From: Escherichia coli
GTDB taxonomy: Bacteria > Pseudomonadota > Gammaproteobacteria > Enterobacterales > Enterobacteriaceae
Assembly (NCBI RefSeq): GCF_003334355.1
Contig: NZ_QOWP01000021.1
Strand: one strand, 5' to 3'
Length of the DNA: 64,000 nucleotides
Both the position numbers and the translations under genes were made by a program. This document shows, piece by piece, positions 25,516 through 38,400 of the stretch (positions are counted from its first letter, which is position 1; each line of letters starts with the position of its first letter). The notes beneath the pieces are model-generated. The model worked only from the letters and a program-made list of their open reading frames with translations. It was not told the DNA's origin and made no database searches.

Positions 25516-26964
25516 TTAAAGACCGATGCACATATATTTGATTTCTAAGTAATCTTCGATGCCATACTTCGAACCTTCACGACCCAGACCCGAGGCTTTG
25601 ATGCCGCCGAACGGGGCCACTTCATTGGAAATAATGCCGGTATTGATGCCGACGATGCCGTACTCCAGCGCTTCGCCCACGCGGAAGACGCGGCTTAAAT
25701 CACGGGCGTAGAAATAGGCGGCAAGGCCAAACTCGGTGTCATTGGCTTGCGCAATCACATCAGCTTCATCTTTAAAGCGGAACAGCGGGGCGAGGGGGCC
25801 GAACGTCTCTTCTTTCGACACTTTGGCGTTGGCCGGAACGTCCACCAGAATGGTCGGCTGGAAGAAGTTGCCGCCGCGTTCGTGCGCTTTACCGCCGCAA
25901 ACCACGCGCGCGCCTTTCTCCAGCGCATCGGCAATATGCTCTTCCACTTTTGCTACCGCTTTTTCATCGATCAGCGGCCCGATGGTGACGCCGTTATCCA
26001 GCCCGTCGCCGATGTGCAGTTTGCTCACTGCCTGCTGCAATTTTTCGGCAAAACAGTCATACACGCCGTCCTGCACATACAGGCGGTTGGCGCAGACGCA
26101 GGTTTGCCCGGCGTTGCGGAATTTCGAGGCCAGCGCGCCTTCCACGGCTTTGTCGAGGTCGGCATCGTCAAAGACGATAAACGGCGCGTTACCGCCCAGC
26201 TCCAGCGACACTTTCTTGATGTCTTTCGCGCACTGTTCCATTAACTGGCGGCCAATTTCGGTCGAACCGGTAAACGACAGTTTCCGCACCAGCGGGTTAC
26301 TGGTCAGTTCGTTACCGACCGCGCCCGCCGAACCGGTGACCACGTTAAATACCCCAGCCGGAACGCCCGCGCGGATCGCCAGCTCCGCCAGCGCCAGCGC
26401 AGAGAACGGCGTCTGACTGGCGGGCTTCAGCACCATGGTGCAGCCTGCTGCCAGCGCCGGACCGGCTTTGCGGGTAATCATCGCCGCCGGGAAGTTCCAC
26501 GGCGTGATAGCCGCGGTGACGCCAATCGGCTGCTTGATAACAATCAGGCGTTTATCGGCCTGATGACCAGGAATGGTGTCGCCATAAATGCGTTTGCCTT
26601 CTTCGGCAAACCACTCAATAAAGGAGGCGGCGTAGCTGATTTCGCCTTTCGCTTCGGCCAGTGGTTTACCCTGTTCGAGGGTCATCAGGCGCGCTAAATC
26701 GTCCTGATGCTCCATCATCAAATTGAACCAGTTGCGCAGAATGGTGGCGCGTTCTTTGGCGGTGAGCGCGCGCCAGGCGGGCAGGGCGCGGTTGGCGGCG
26801 TCGATAGCGGCGCGGGTTTCATCCGCGCCCATTTTCGGCACGCTACCCAGCTTGTCGCCGTTCGCCGGATTGGTGACGTCGATGGCTTCACCATTGTTGG
26901 CGTCCAGCCATTCCCCGTTAATCAACGCCTGCTGGCGGAATAAGTTACTGTCGTTAAGTTTCAT
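25516..26964 (-). CDS. gabD: Succinate-semialdehyde dehydrogenase (NADP+)
   Basis: 482-aa aldehyde dehydrogenase ORF. Confidence 0.95.
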   Translation of the reverse strand: MKLNDSNLFRQQALINGEWLDANNGEAIDVTNPANGDKLGSVPKMGADETRAAIDAANRALPAWRALTAKERATILRNWFNLMMEHQDDLARLMTLEQGKPLAEAKGEISYAASFIEWFAEEGKRIYGDTIPGHQADKRLIVIKQPIGVTAAITPWNFPAAMITRKAGPALAAGCTMVLKPASQTPFSALALAELAIRAGVPAGVFNVVTGSAGAVGNELTSNPLVRKLSFTGSTEIGRQLMEQCAKDIKKVSLELGGNAPFIVFDDADLDKAVEGALASKFRNAGQTCVCANRLYVQDGVYDCFAEKLQQAVSKLHIGDGLDNGVTIGPLIDEKAVAKVEEHIADALEKGARVVCGGKAHERGGNFFQPTILVDVPANAKVSKEETFGPLAPLFRFKDEADVIAQANDTEFGLAAYFYARDLSRVFRVGEALEYGIVGINTGIISNEVAPFGGIKASGLGREGSKYGIEDYLEIKYMCIGL

Positions 26965-26986
26965 CGCTACATCCTGTTTTCAAAGG

Positions 26987-28255
26987 TTATTGATTAAATG
27001 CGGCGTGTAAGGCATCCACACTACGTGCCGCTCGCAGCGTGCGTCCGGGGTTACTCTGGCTTGCCAACAGCGTTTGTACCTTGCTGACAATATGCGCACC
27101 AATAGGAATTGCTGATGTCGCTGCCGGGGAGGGCGCATTGCAGGTGTGGATCGTGCGCGGGGTGGTGACAAACAGAAAATCGTCAATCAGCTTGCCGTCC
27201 GGCGATACCGCCTGCGCCCGCACACCGGCGGGCCAGGGCTGGAGATCGCTTAACGAAAGCCGGGGACAATACTTTTGCACCAGCCGCAGATAGCCGCTTT
27301 TGCACAGCGAGTTTTTCATCTCGCCCAGTCCTGAGCGTAGATGGTTTTGCAGCACCCGGCGAATCCCCGACGAGCCCAAAATCTCCAGCGTGTCGCTAAA
27401 TGAGAAGTCGCGCTTGCGATAGCCTTCGCGTTTGAAAGCCAGCACCGCGTTTGGCCCGACGGTCACGCTGCCGTCGATCATGCGGGTGAGATGAACGCCC
27501 AAAAACGGCATTGCCGGGTCGGGAATGGGGTAAATCAGGTGGTTAACAATCTGGTTATGCTCCGGCGCAAGGCGGAAATACTCGCCACGGAACGGGCAGA
27601 TGATAAAGCCCGGTTCGAGTCCGAGCATTTTCACCAGCCGGTCAGCCATCAGCCCGGAACAGCTAATCAGCGTTGATGCTTCATATTCGCCGCCCTGACG
27701 GGTACGTATCACCACGCCGTTTTTATGCTCATTAAGCCCGCTGACTTCGGCGTTATAGATAATTTCACCGCCTCTGGACTGGAAGATTTTTGCCATCGCC
27801 GCCGTCACGTCGCGGTAGCTGACAATGCCGCTGGACGGCACAAAAATGCCGCCGAGCCCGGTGATATTCGGTTCGCGCTCGCGCAGTTCGTCGGCGTTAA
27901 GCCATTCGCGCTCGATACCGTTCGCCGCTGTGCGTTCCCATAAGGCGCGCATCCGTTCCATTTCGAGATCGGACGTGGCAACCAGCATCTTGCCGCAGTT
28001 GTCGTAGCGAATGCCGTTTTGATCGCAAAAGGCTTTGGTGGCGCGGTTTCCCGCCAGGCAAAACTGCGCCTTCAGGCTGCCGGGCGTGTAATAGACCCCG
28101 GCATGGATCACGCCGCTGTTGTGGCCCGTCTGGTGACAGGCCGGGCCGGACTCTTTTTCCAGCAACGCAATGCGGGCGTCCGGATAGACATCAATTAGTT
28201 GCATGGCGGTCGACATGCCGATGATGCCGCCGCCAATAATCACAAAATCATACAT
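26987..28255 (-). CDS. lhgO: L-2-hydroxyglutarate oxidase/dehydrogenase
   Basis: Start at MYDFVIIGGGIIGMSTA (FAD GxGxxG); ORF extends 22 codons upstream. Confidence 0.9.
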   Translation of the reverse strand: MYDFVIIGGGIIGMSTAMQLIDVYPDARIALLEKESGPACHQTGHNSGVIHAGVYYTPGSLKAQFCLAGNRATKAFCDQNGIRYDNCGKMLVATSDLEMERMRALWERTAANGIEREWLNADELREREPNITGLGGIFVPSSGIVSYRDVTAAMAKIFQSRGGEIIYNAEVSGLNEHKNGVVIRTRQGGEYEASTLISCSGLMADRLVKMLGLEPGFIICPFRGEYFRLAPEHNQIVNHLIYPIPDPAMPFLGVHLTRMIDGSVTVGPNAVLAFKREGYRKRDFSFSDTLEILGSSGIRRVLQNHLRSGLGEMKNSLCKSGYLRLVQKYCPRLSLSDLQPWPAGVRAQAVSPDGKLIDDFLFVTTPRTIHTCNAPSPAATSAIPIGAHIVSKVQTLLASQSNPGRTLRAARSVDALHAAFNQ

Positions 28256-28274
28256 CCGCTCAATTCCTTTGCGC

Positions 28275-29366
<1,092 letters not shown>

Positions 29367-29587
29367 TTATTGTGATCAAAAGCAACAAATTAGTAACATT
29401 TAACGTAGGGTATTAAGGCAAAGTGAGACAGGAAATGAATAACTAAAGCAACAGGTTAGGGGGAGTTAACATTAGAGAACAGATTATCTGGTCGATAAAA
29501 AACAGTAAATGGCTTCACTGCAAAATGACCGTTAGTAAACTAAACATATTATCTGCCCCGTTTTATCGGGGCAGATATAACATTAAA

Positions 29588-31840
29588 TTATAAATAGAGA
29601 TAGTTCGGCGGTTCTCCTGTTTTCCCTAAAAGAAGAGCGCTACGCCCAGGAATATTGATATTTAGAGTTCCGCCTCTAAGCGTAAATACTTTACCAGGAG
29701 GGATAATTTTTCGGGTATTATTAATAATAATGTTAACGCTATTACTCCCCATGTTTTTGTATATTCCAGGTTGCAATTTGTTAGGCCAGGTACCTTCAAC
29801 TTCTTCGTTTCCTTTATTTATTATAACTAGTCCATCATGAGGAGAGTGATTAATGTTCACAGAATCCCCACGACTAAAGGCCAGAACGTTTTTAGTTGCA
29901 GATACACCCTCAAATGCGCTCCATATTCCTGCTTTATCTATATATAATGCGTGGAATTCATTGTAGAGCTGCTGATAGGTAGAGCAACCTTTATTAAGCT
30001 ACGCCTCACCGCCGACACGCGTGGACCCATCATAATTTTTAATTTCAGTCGTTGATTTTAATACTTGGCCATCCCAGTAAACTAAAGGCCTGCTGAACGG
30101 CAGAGCGGCTATATATGCCATTGCTAATTGTTCATCTTGTTGATGGTTAAATAGAAAGTCATTGAAAAGATTACCATTGTTAGGAAAATCGTGGTTAATG
30201 TTAATCAATATCCGTCTTTCTGATGGGATACTTGAGATTGTGGAACCCGGTTTTGATGCAAGGGTTTGAAGATCTCCACCAAATGAAAAGGCTTTTATCG
30301 TTTTCATGAGCAATGAAAAATCAATGGCGCTTAAATCATCTCTTTCATAAAGCAGTGATGACATTTGTTGTTCATCCAACTGACAAGTTACCAGATATTC
30401 CATGTAATTCATAACGGCTTTTTTATGATATTTTGGGTTAAATAAGTTAGTATTGTGTAACCGCTCATTATAATTTTTAAGCGGTGGGGTTATTGATCTT
30501 TCTATTTGTTCATGTTTTGAGTGTTTTGCCGCATCATAACGTAAACCTCGTACGCCATATTTTCGCATTTCACGAACGTATTGATTTTGCAACATAATAA
30601 CCTGGTCACTTTTGGGTGTTGTTTTAGGCATTCCATTTAAACGCTTTTCTTTTAATGCATGGAGGTTTTCCCATTCATCCTTAGAGATGTTATCTTTACT
30701 TGCTTCGAAGTCTTTTGCAGTGAGATGTATATCTTCTGGATGGATTTGTTTACGTTCTTTTGTTACTGGATCTTTAATGAATGGAATCAAAACCTGACCT
30801 TGCTAATAGCCAGGGATACCACCTTCTATATCTTTACTGATCTTCGCTCGTATATCAGCAAAGGGATAATCCAGGTCATTTTTACCACTACCCCCAATTC
30901 CCATAAAGTTAAAGGTATAATCAGGAATGATATCGATACCAAATTTTTTAGCATCTTTAACCAATGCAATAAAATCCTGCAAATCTCCCATTGGATTATG
31001 GATGGTACAAAGATCTTCGGATTGATAAGCATGAAACCAGTAACCCTTTTCTTCTTCGGGAGTTTCTGGTCCGTCGGCGCGGAAAGTTGTCACTGGAGGG
31101 ATTTGTATATACCCATAATGGCAACGTGCAAATTCAGACATATTTTCTCTGATCTGCTGGTAGGTGGCATTAAAAGCATGAAGAATCGCTTCGCCAGGTT
31201 TTTTGGGGGTGATGATTTCACATTGTGATTTCTGAACAGCAGTAAGAGATTTACGCTCAAGTGTTTGCCGTAGATGTTCTAGATTGATTAATATTTTAAA
31301 TGTTTCTTGCTGTCCGGAAGGTGACGTCACGTTAATATTATATACATCGGCTGCCAGCTCATAGTCAGGAATGTTAATAGCATATGCAACATATTTATCT
31401 TTTGGGGAAGGTTTGTCAGATATAATGTGGGTGAAATTTTCAGCACGACCATACTGATAAACACCGCTGTTATCACCTCTTTCAATCATTGTATCTCGTT
31501 GATAAACCTATGTTTTTCTTTCTCCTATCCTGTCTGGCGCTGTAATGCTACGCTGTGCTGCTTTATTCAACTCTCGGTAAGTTGTATCTGGAGAAAGGGA
31601 AATTTTATAATCGTTTTTTAACAGATCATTAATAACTTTTTCTGCGTGAAAAGTTGATATAATTTCTCTGTCTTTTAATCCTTGAGGGTAAACTCCACAA
31701 GAATTAATAATATTTGTTATACAGTTTAGATATTCTAATGTATTTAATTTGGAATTTAGATCCCCGTCAGTAATGTTCCATGATAACAATGTGGGGTTGT
31801 CGATAGGTAAATTTCTGGGTCCTGGTTTTATAGAAAACAT
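29588..31840 (-). pseudogene. ygaQ: ygaQ-like glycoside hydrolase (alpha-amylase-like) gene interrupted by three in-frame TAG codons (31508-31510, 30803-30805, 29999-30001), no frameshifts
   Basis: Four consecutive minus-strand ORFs share one reading frame; GH13-like GIDIIPDYTFNFMG segment. Confidence 0.7.
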
Positions 31841-32388
31841 AATAAAGTTCCTCTAATGGTAGAGTAATATGATGTATACGGAAACATAAAAATGTTTAAT
31901 TGTTGTGAAAGTAATTGCAAACAGATGTCCTACTTTTATCCAATATTTATATGGAAAAGGATAATGCTTAAATCTGTTTTATTAATTATCGATGTGGTCT
32001 GGAGAGGCAACTGTCAAAAATCGCTCATACGAAACTAATGATTAGCAGAATAAGATCTATGAAAGAATATATTGCTATACGAAGTTTATTTTTATGGAGT
32101 GAAAAGTAACAGATATCATAATGATGCGAAAACTCTTCAGCTAATGTAATAAAGTTATATTATTAGATACAAAGTATCATTGAATCGATGATAACTATAG
32201 ATAGTGCTAATTATTAACATTTGCTTGTTGACTGCGAGTATCGACTTTGCGAATGGAGGCGGTGTCGGGTTTTATGTCGCGTGTAATCACGACCCAAGGT
32301 GAATGGGAACGCATAAAAATCTGTTATTTACATCATATGATCATCATGTTTATTGCGTGGTTTATAAGTATTGTTATTGCACACTCAA

Positions 32389-32464
32389 GGCCCTTTAGCT
32401 CAGTGGTTAGAGCAGGCGACTCATAATCGCTTGGTCGCTGGTTCAAGTCCAGCAAGGGCCACCA
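32389..32464 (+). tRNA. ileY: tRNA-Ile2 (anticodon CAU, lysidine-modified type)
   Basis: ggccctttagctcagtggttagagcaggcgactCATaatcgc...gggccacca; recalled ileX/ileY sequence. Confidence 0.85.
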
Positions 32465-33213
32465 AATCATTATTTACGTATCAGGAAGAGTTAAGGGTAC
32501 AAGGGGTACTCGATGGCGGTCTATATTTCATGACTAACGCCATTTCAAGGAAGAAGTGCGGTGGGTGGTTTCGAATGAGGGCTGGTGTTTTGGTACGTGG
32601 CACGCCACTGCAATGTATTTATCCATCAGTACTCATTCAAAAGTACCTGGAAAAAATGCCTGCTATGCCAAGCGGGCAAATTGCTTACATGTGGAATTAA
32701 GTAATTAACGATAAAGCCAGAGTATTATCATTTATTATACCCCTTCATTTAATCAGGTTAATTACTCAAATCACTGAACTATTCTCTGTTCGCTCACTGA
32801 TGATAAGTGAGTACCACAACCAATGTATGTAGAACAATGCCGTAGAGTAAGGATGAAATGTCTCTGCCACGCCTTAAACATCTACTACTGACCAGAACAC
32901 CCGCCGCAGGCAGATGAGTTTTGTGAGCGTTACAGGAGCGTGGCTATGCTCATTAACCAACGCTATTGAGATATAAATTTCTAACACTTGAAAAACGATT
33001 TTCACTAATAAATTATAACGGTTTTTTTTATCATACAGCGAAATAACCTTTTGTTTATTAAATTTAACATTCCTGTGCTAATTTAATTAAAAGTTCCATG
33101 CGTAGCAAGTGAAGCAGTTAATGTCAGTAATTGTCTCAAATGAGCGTTTTTTATAGTGACAAACAGTAATAACATTAAAAATAGCCATGTAGACATTAAT
33201 TGAGGAATAGACA

Positions 33214-33696
33214 ATGTTAGTTAGTAAAAGCAACGGATTTAACGCTAGCGCAGTTTTGGGTAGTGGAAGTTATAATGAAAATAAATCTTCTAAACACATG
33301 GAGCTACTAGCTCATAGTATTTTAAAATTAATTTGTAAGGAAGCTGCATCAGAGACGTATCGCGGTGCTCTTGAAACTTTACAAAAAATGATGTCTGAAT
33401 GTATATATCAAGAAGGCAACGCCTTTGTCATTATGGGAGCTGGAGAACAATTAAAACGTATTAAATATGAAGTTGGTGAAAATAACTTAAAGGTATTCAA
33501 CGTACACTTTAATAATAATCACGAGTTAGTTAGTTCTGGTGAGCCTGACGTAATATGTTTAAGCAAGCAGGTCTGGGAAAATCTTCTCATTAAACTAAAG
33601 CTGGAAAACAATGAAAATGTGTTTTCTGAAACTAAAAAATTATCGAATAAAAATAATGCCGATCAGTTTTTTGAATGCGCTAAAAGAAATGAATAG
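33214..33696 (+). CDS. Hypothetical protein (AT-rich island gene)
   Basis: 160-aa ORF in AT-rich DNA next to tRNA-Ile; no recognisable motifs. Confidence 0.4.
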   Translation: MLVSKSNGFNASAVLGSGSYNENKSSKHMELLAHSILKLICKEAASETYRGALETLQKMMSECIYQEGNAFVIMGAGEQLKRIKYEVGENNLKVFNVHFNNNHELVSSGEPDVICLSKQVWENLLIKLKLENNENVFSETKKLSNKNNADQFFECAKRNE

Positions 33697-33795
33697 AACC
33701 TTTTCGATAATATAAGAAAAAGTGATTTTCATGTTGGTTTACTTAAGCCAAGTAGTACGCGTAGTGTTATTTTAGAAACGCCGCCAAATGTCTGT

Positions 33796-34587
33796 ATGGA
33801 ATCACGTAATTCATATGAAAACAAAATAGATGAGATTTCATCTTTGTCAGAGTCAAAGGAACACCCCATAGATATTCAAGAAAAAAAAGATGCGTTTGTG
33901 AATGAGTTCAAGGGGGTATTATTTGATAAAAATACAAGGTCTTCAGAGCTTCTGTTTAATTTTTATGAGTGTTGCTATAAGTTTTTACCAAGAGCTCAGC
34001 CTCAAGATAAAATCGATAGCTATAATTCAGCACTGCAAGCTTTTTCCATTTTTTGTTCATCTACGTTGACACATAATAATATAGGCTTTGATTTCAAATT
34101 ATTTCCTGAAGTCAAGCTGTCTGGAGAACATCTTGAAACGGTATTCAAATACAAAAATGGCGATGATGTCCGGGAGATAGCCAAAATTAACATTACTCTC
34201 CAAAAAGAAGAGGGTGGTTTATATAATTTACGTGGATTGGATTTTAAGGGGTGCTTCTTTTCTGGACAGAACTTCAGTAACTATGATATTCAATATGTGA
34301 ACTGGGGAACGTCATTGTTTGATGTTGATACTCCGTGTATTTTTAATGCGCCTGCTTACAACAAGAGTAATGAAAAATCATTAAAACCTGTGAGCGAAAA
34401 CGGTTTAAGTGGAGTATTGACTGATCGTAATAATAAAATAAAACTCATCACGGGCGTGGCACCATTCGATGATATTTTATTTATGGATGATGACTTTGAT
34501 GATAGTTCCTCTGAGGATGATCCCGTTGAGAATAGTCCTGTTGTGACTAGTCCCGTTGTATCAAGTTCTAAAAGCAGTTTTCAATGA
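33796..34587 (+). CDS. Hypothetical protein (AT-rich island gene, acidic Ser/Pro-rich C-terminus)
   Basis: 263-aa ORF in AT-rich DNA. Confidence 0.45.
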   Translation: MESRNSYENKIDEISSLSESKEHPIDIQEKKDAFVNEFKGVLFDKNTRSSELLFNFYECCYKFLPRAQPQDKIDSYNSALQAFSIFCSSTLTHNNIGFDFKLFPEVKLSGEHLETVFKYKNGDDVREIAKINITLQKEEGGLYNLRGLDFKGCFFSGQNFSNYDIQYVNWGTSLFDVDTPCIFNAPAYNKSNEKSLKPVSENGLSGVLTDRNNKIKLITGVAPFDDILFMDDDFDDSSSEDDPVENSPVVTSPVVSSSKSSFQ

Positions 34588-34920
34588 TTAATAAATGGCA
34601 ATTTTTACAAAGAGATAATAACGTAGATTGAAACAATATGTATTATTGATTGAGTAAACGGGATTATTCTTCACACTACATCCATTTTAGTGTCACTACC
34701 AAAGAAAAAGGGGCTACGTTTTCATGTAACCCCTTGATTTATTTGGTGGGCTGGCAGTGACTGAATTGGTGCTGTAATTGGTTGAAATATTTCATCTAAT
34801 GTCTGGTTCAACTTTCCTTAGCTGCCTGAAAGTTTTTTGATCTTACCCAGCAATAACAGCGTTACGGTGCACCACGCCTGACTGAAGAACTGCGTGCTCA
34901 GGGTTACCACTTCAACGTAA

Positions 34921-35160
34921 AACCGTGGCAGGAGGTCCGGACTGAAAAAACTGGTCAGGACATCATCGGCAGGGAACGCACTGCTAGTCTGTAAACTGAA
35001 CCGACTGGGGCGCAGTATGTGGCATCTTGTCGTGCAGTTGGAGGAGCTGTGCGAACGTGGTATTAACTTTCGTGCTCTGGCCCAATCTATATTTGCCCAA
35101 CAATGGGGGGACGAATGCTGTAAAAGTAAAACAATCTGCGATCTCAAAGTTATTGTGTGA
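34921..35160 (+). pseudogene. Fragment of a Pin/Hin-type serine DNA invertase (pinH-like remnant)
   Basis: Frame reads [37 protein letters not shown], matching the serine recombinase catalytic core; no start, truncated both ends. Confidence 0.6.
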
Positions 35161-35489
35161 TTTTTATGTGAGCAGAAGATATTCATCAGAAACGATTATG
35201 TAAATCATTTTATTTTGCCAACGGCCTCATTGTCGAAAGAAAAGAATACGCCCGTATTTCCTGAATGGATTGACTTTTTTATCCAACCACACTTCAGCGC
35301 ACTGCGTTTAAAAAATGCCTCATTCTTATGCGGAATATCATCATTTCATCATGATGTCTTTGATGAGCGGTGAACACAATACACTTGCGCTGTCTCTTCA
35401 GGATGAATCCCCTGGTCTGGTGCCTGTGGGCTGATGTTGCAGCAAAGCTAAGGTCGCTTAAACGCTACTCAGTATTCACTTTTCAGAGG

Positions 35490-38400
35490 ATGAAATTTAT
35501 GAACAGGACCAGTCCCTATTATTGTCGCCGCTCAGTACTTTCCTTATTGATATCTGCCTTGATATATGCCCCGCCCGGGATGGCTGCCTTCACTACTAAT
35601 GTTATTGGTGTGGTAAACGATGAGACTGTAGATGGCAACCAAAAAGTGGATGAACGAGGTACAACAAATAACACTCATATTATCAACCATGGCCAGCAGA
35701 ATGTTCATGGCGGGGTATCTAATGGAAGTCTTATTGAATCTGGTGGATATCAAGATATAGGAAGTCATAACAATTTTGTGGGGCAGGCTAATAATACAAC
35801 CATTAACGGTGGCAGACAGTCAATTCATGACGGGGGTATTTCCACAGGTACGACAATCGAGAGTGGCAATCAGGACGTTTATAAAGGGGGTATCAGCAAT
35901 GGAACGACAATTAAGGGCGGTGCTTCACGCGTAGAGGGAGGGAGTGCGAATGGAATACTCATTGATGGTGGTAGCCAGATAGTAAAAGTTCAAGGGCATG
36001 CTGATGGTACAACGATAAATAAGTCTGGCTCTCAGGACATCACGCAAGGAAGTCTGACAACGAACACAACCATAAATGGTGGTCGACAGTATGTTGAACA
36101 GAGCACAGTAGAAACAACCACCATTAAAAATGGCGGTGAGCAAAGAGTATATGAGAGCCGTGCGCTGGACACGACGATTGAAGGCGGAACTCAGTCTCTG
36201 AATAGTAAGTCAACGGCAAAAAATACGCATATCTATTCTGGTGGCACGCAAATTGTTGATAACACCAGCACCTCGGATGTTATTGAAGTTTATTCTGGTG
36301 GCGTGCTTGATGTTAGTGGTGGTACGGCAACAAATGTTACCCAGCACGATGGTGCAATTTTAAAAACTAACACTAACGGTACGACGGTGAGCGGTACGAA
36401 TAGTGAAGGTGCATTCTCCATCCACAATAAAGTGGCAGACAATGTGTTGCTGAAAAATGGAGGCCATTTAGAAGTATCTCATTCCGCAAACAAGACGATT
36501 ATTAAAGATAAAGGAACAATGTCAGTTTTAACCAATGCTAAAGCTGATGCGACCCGAATAGATAATGGCGGGGTTATGGATGTTGCAGGAAACGCGACAA
36601 ATACCATAATTAATGGTGGCACACAGAATATTAATAATTATGGCATAGCCACAGGCACCAATATCAACAGCGTAACGCAAAATATCAAAAGCGGCGGGAA
36701 AGCTGACACAACAATTATATCCTCCGGGAGCCGGCAGGTTGTTGAGAAAGATGGTACGGCAATTGGCAGCAATATTAGCGCCGGAGGCTCGCTGATTGTC
36801 TATACCGGCGGTATTGCACATGGGGTTAACCAGGAGACGGGCAGTGCTTTAGTTGCCAACACGGGCGCAGGGACTGATATCGAAGGATACAACAAGCTCT
36901 CTCACTTCACTATTACCGGAGGGGAGGCTAATTATGTTGTGCTGGAAAATACCGGCGAACTGACGGTAGTGGCTAAAACCTCGGCGAAAAATACCACCGT
37001 TGATGCTGGCGGTAAACTGATCGTCCAGAAGGAGGCCAAAACAGATACCACCAGACTTAACAATGGCGGCATTCTGGAGGTTCAGGACGGTGGAGAGGCT
37101 AAGCATGTAGAGCAACAATCCGGCGGCGCATTAATTGCTTCCACGACTTCCGGAACACTTATCGAAGGAACCAACAGTTATGGTGATGCTTTCTACATCA
37201 GGAATTCAGAAGCTAAAAATGTAGTGCTGGAAAACGCTGGCTCATTAACAGTCGTCACTGGTTCCCGGGCAGTTGATACGATTATTAATGCCAACGGCAA
37301 AATGGATGTTTATGGAAAAGATGTTGGCACTGTACTTAATAGTTCTGGCACCCAAACAATATATGCCAGTGCCACTTCTGATAAAGCAAATATCAAAGGT
37401 GGCAAGCAAACGGTATATGGTTTAGCCACTGAGGCAAATATCGAAAGTGGTGAACAAATTGTTGATGGTGGGTCAACAGATAAAACACACATCAATGGTG
37501 GCACGCAAACCGTTCAGAATTATGGTAAGGCGATCAATACCGATATCGTCTCTGGCCTACAACAAATTGTGGCAAACGGGACAGCGGAAGATTCCATTAT
37601 TAATGGCGGTTCACAGGTAGTTAATGAGGGCGGTCTGGCTGAAAACTCGGTGCTTAATGACGGCGGCACACTCGATGTGCGGGAGCAAGGCAGCGCAACG
37701 GGGATACAGCAGAGTAGCCAGGGCGCGTTGGTTGCAACCACCAGGGCGACGCGGGTCACAGGGACACGCGCTGATGGCGTCGCGTTCAGCATCGAGCAGG
37801 ATGCGGCGAACAATATCCTGCTGGCAAATGGCGGCGTGTTAACCGTGGAGTCAGACACCACTTCCGCCAAAACACAGGTCAATGCGGGCGGTCGGGAGAT
37901 CGTCAAAACAAAAGCCACTGCGACAGGCACGACGCTCACCGGCGGCGAACAAATCGTCGAGGGGGTGGCGAATGAGACAACAATTAACGACGGCGGAATA
38001 CAAACAGTTTCAGCTAACGGAGAGGCAATAAAAACAAAGATCAATGAAGGCGGTACGCTGACAGTCAACGATAATGGCAAAGCGACAGATATCGTCCAGA
38101 ACAGCGGTGCCGCTCTCCAGACGAGCACGGCTAACGGTATTGAAATCAGCGGTACTCACCAGTACGGTACTTTTTCCATTTCCGGCAATTTAGCGACCAA
38201 TATGTTGCTGGAAAATGGCGGTAATTTATTGGTATTAGCAGGTACCGAAGCTCGCGACTCCACGGTTGGCAAGGGTGGGGCAATGCAAAACCTGGGTCAG
38301 GACTCCGCCACAAAGGTTAACTCTGGCGGGCAATATACCCTTGGGCGGTCAAAAGATGAGTTTCAGGCTCTGGCCCGGGCAGAAGATCTCCAGGTCGCTG

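Noticed and set aside
25736-26416. 226-aa and 165-aa plus-strand ORFs antisense to gabD
   Set aside because: Shadow ORFs inside gabD with Ser/Ala-rich low-complexity translation.
32371-32700. 109-aa plus-strand ORF starting inside tRNA-Ile
   Set aside because: Its N-terminus is the translated tRNA sequence itself; no RBS and no coding-like composition.
37520-38128. 202-aa minus-strand ORF antisense to the autotransporter passenger region
   Set aside because: Generated by the repetitive G-rich passenger coding sequence; no independent support.
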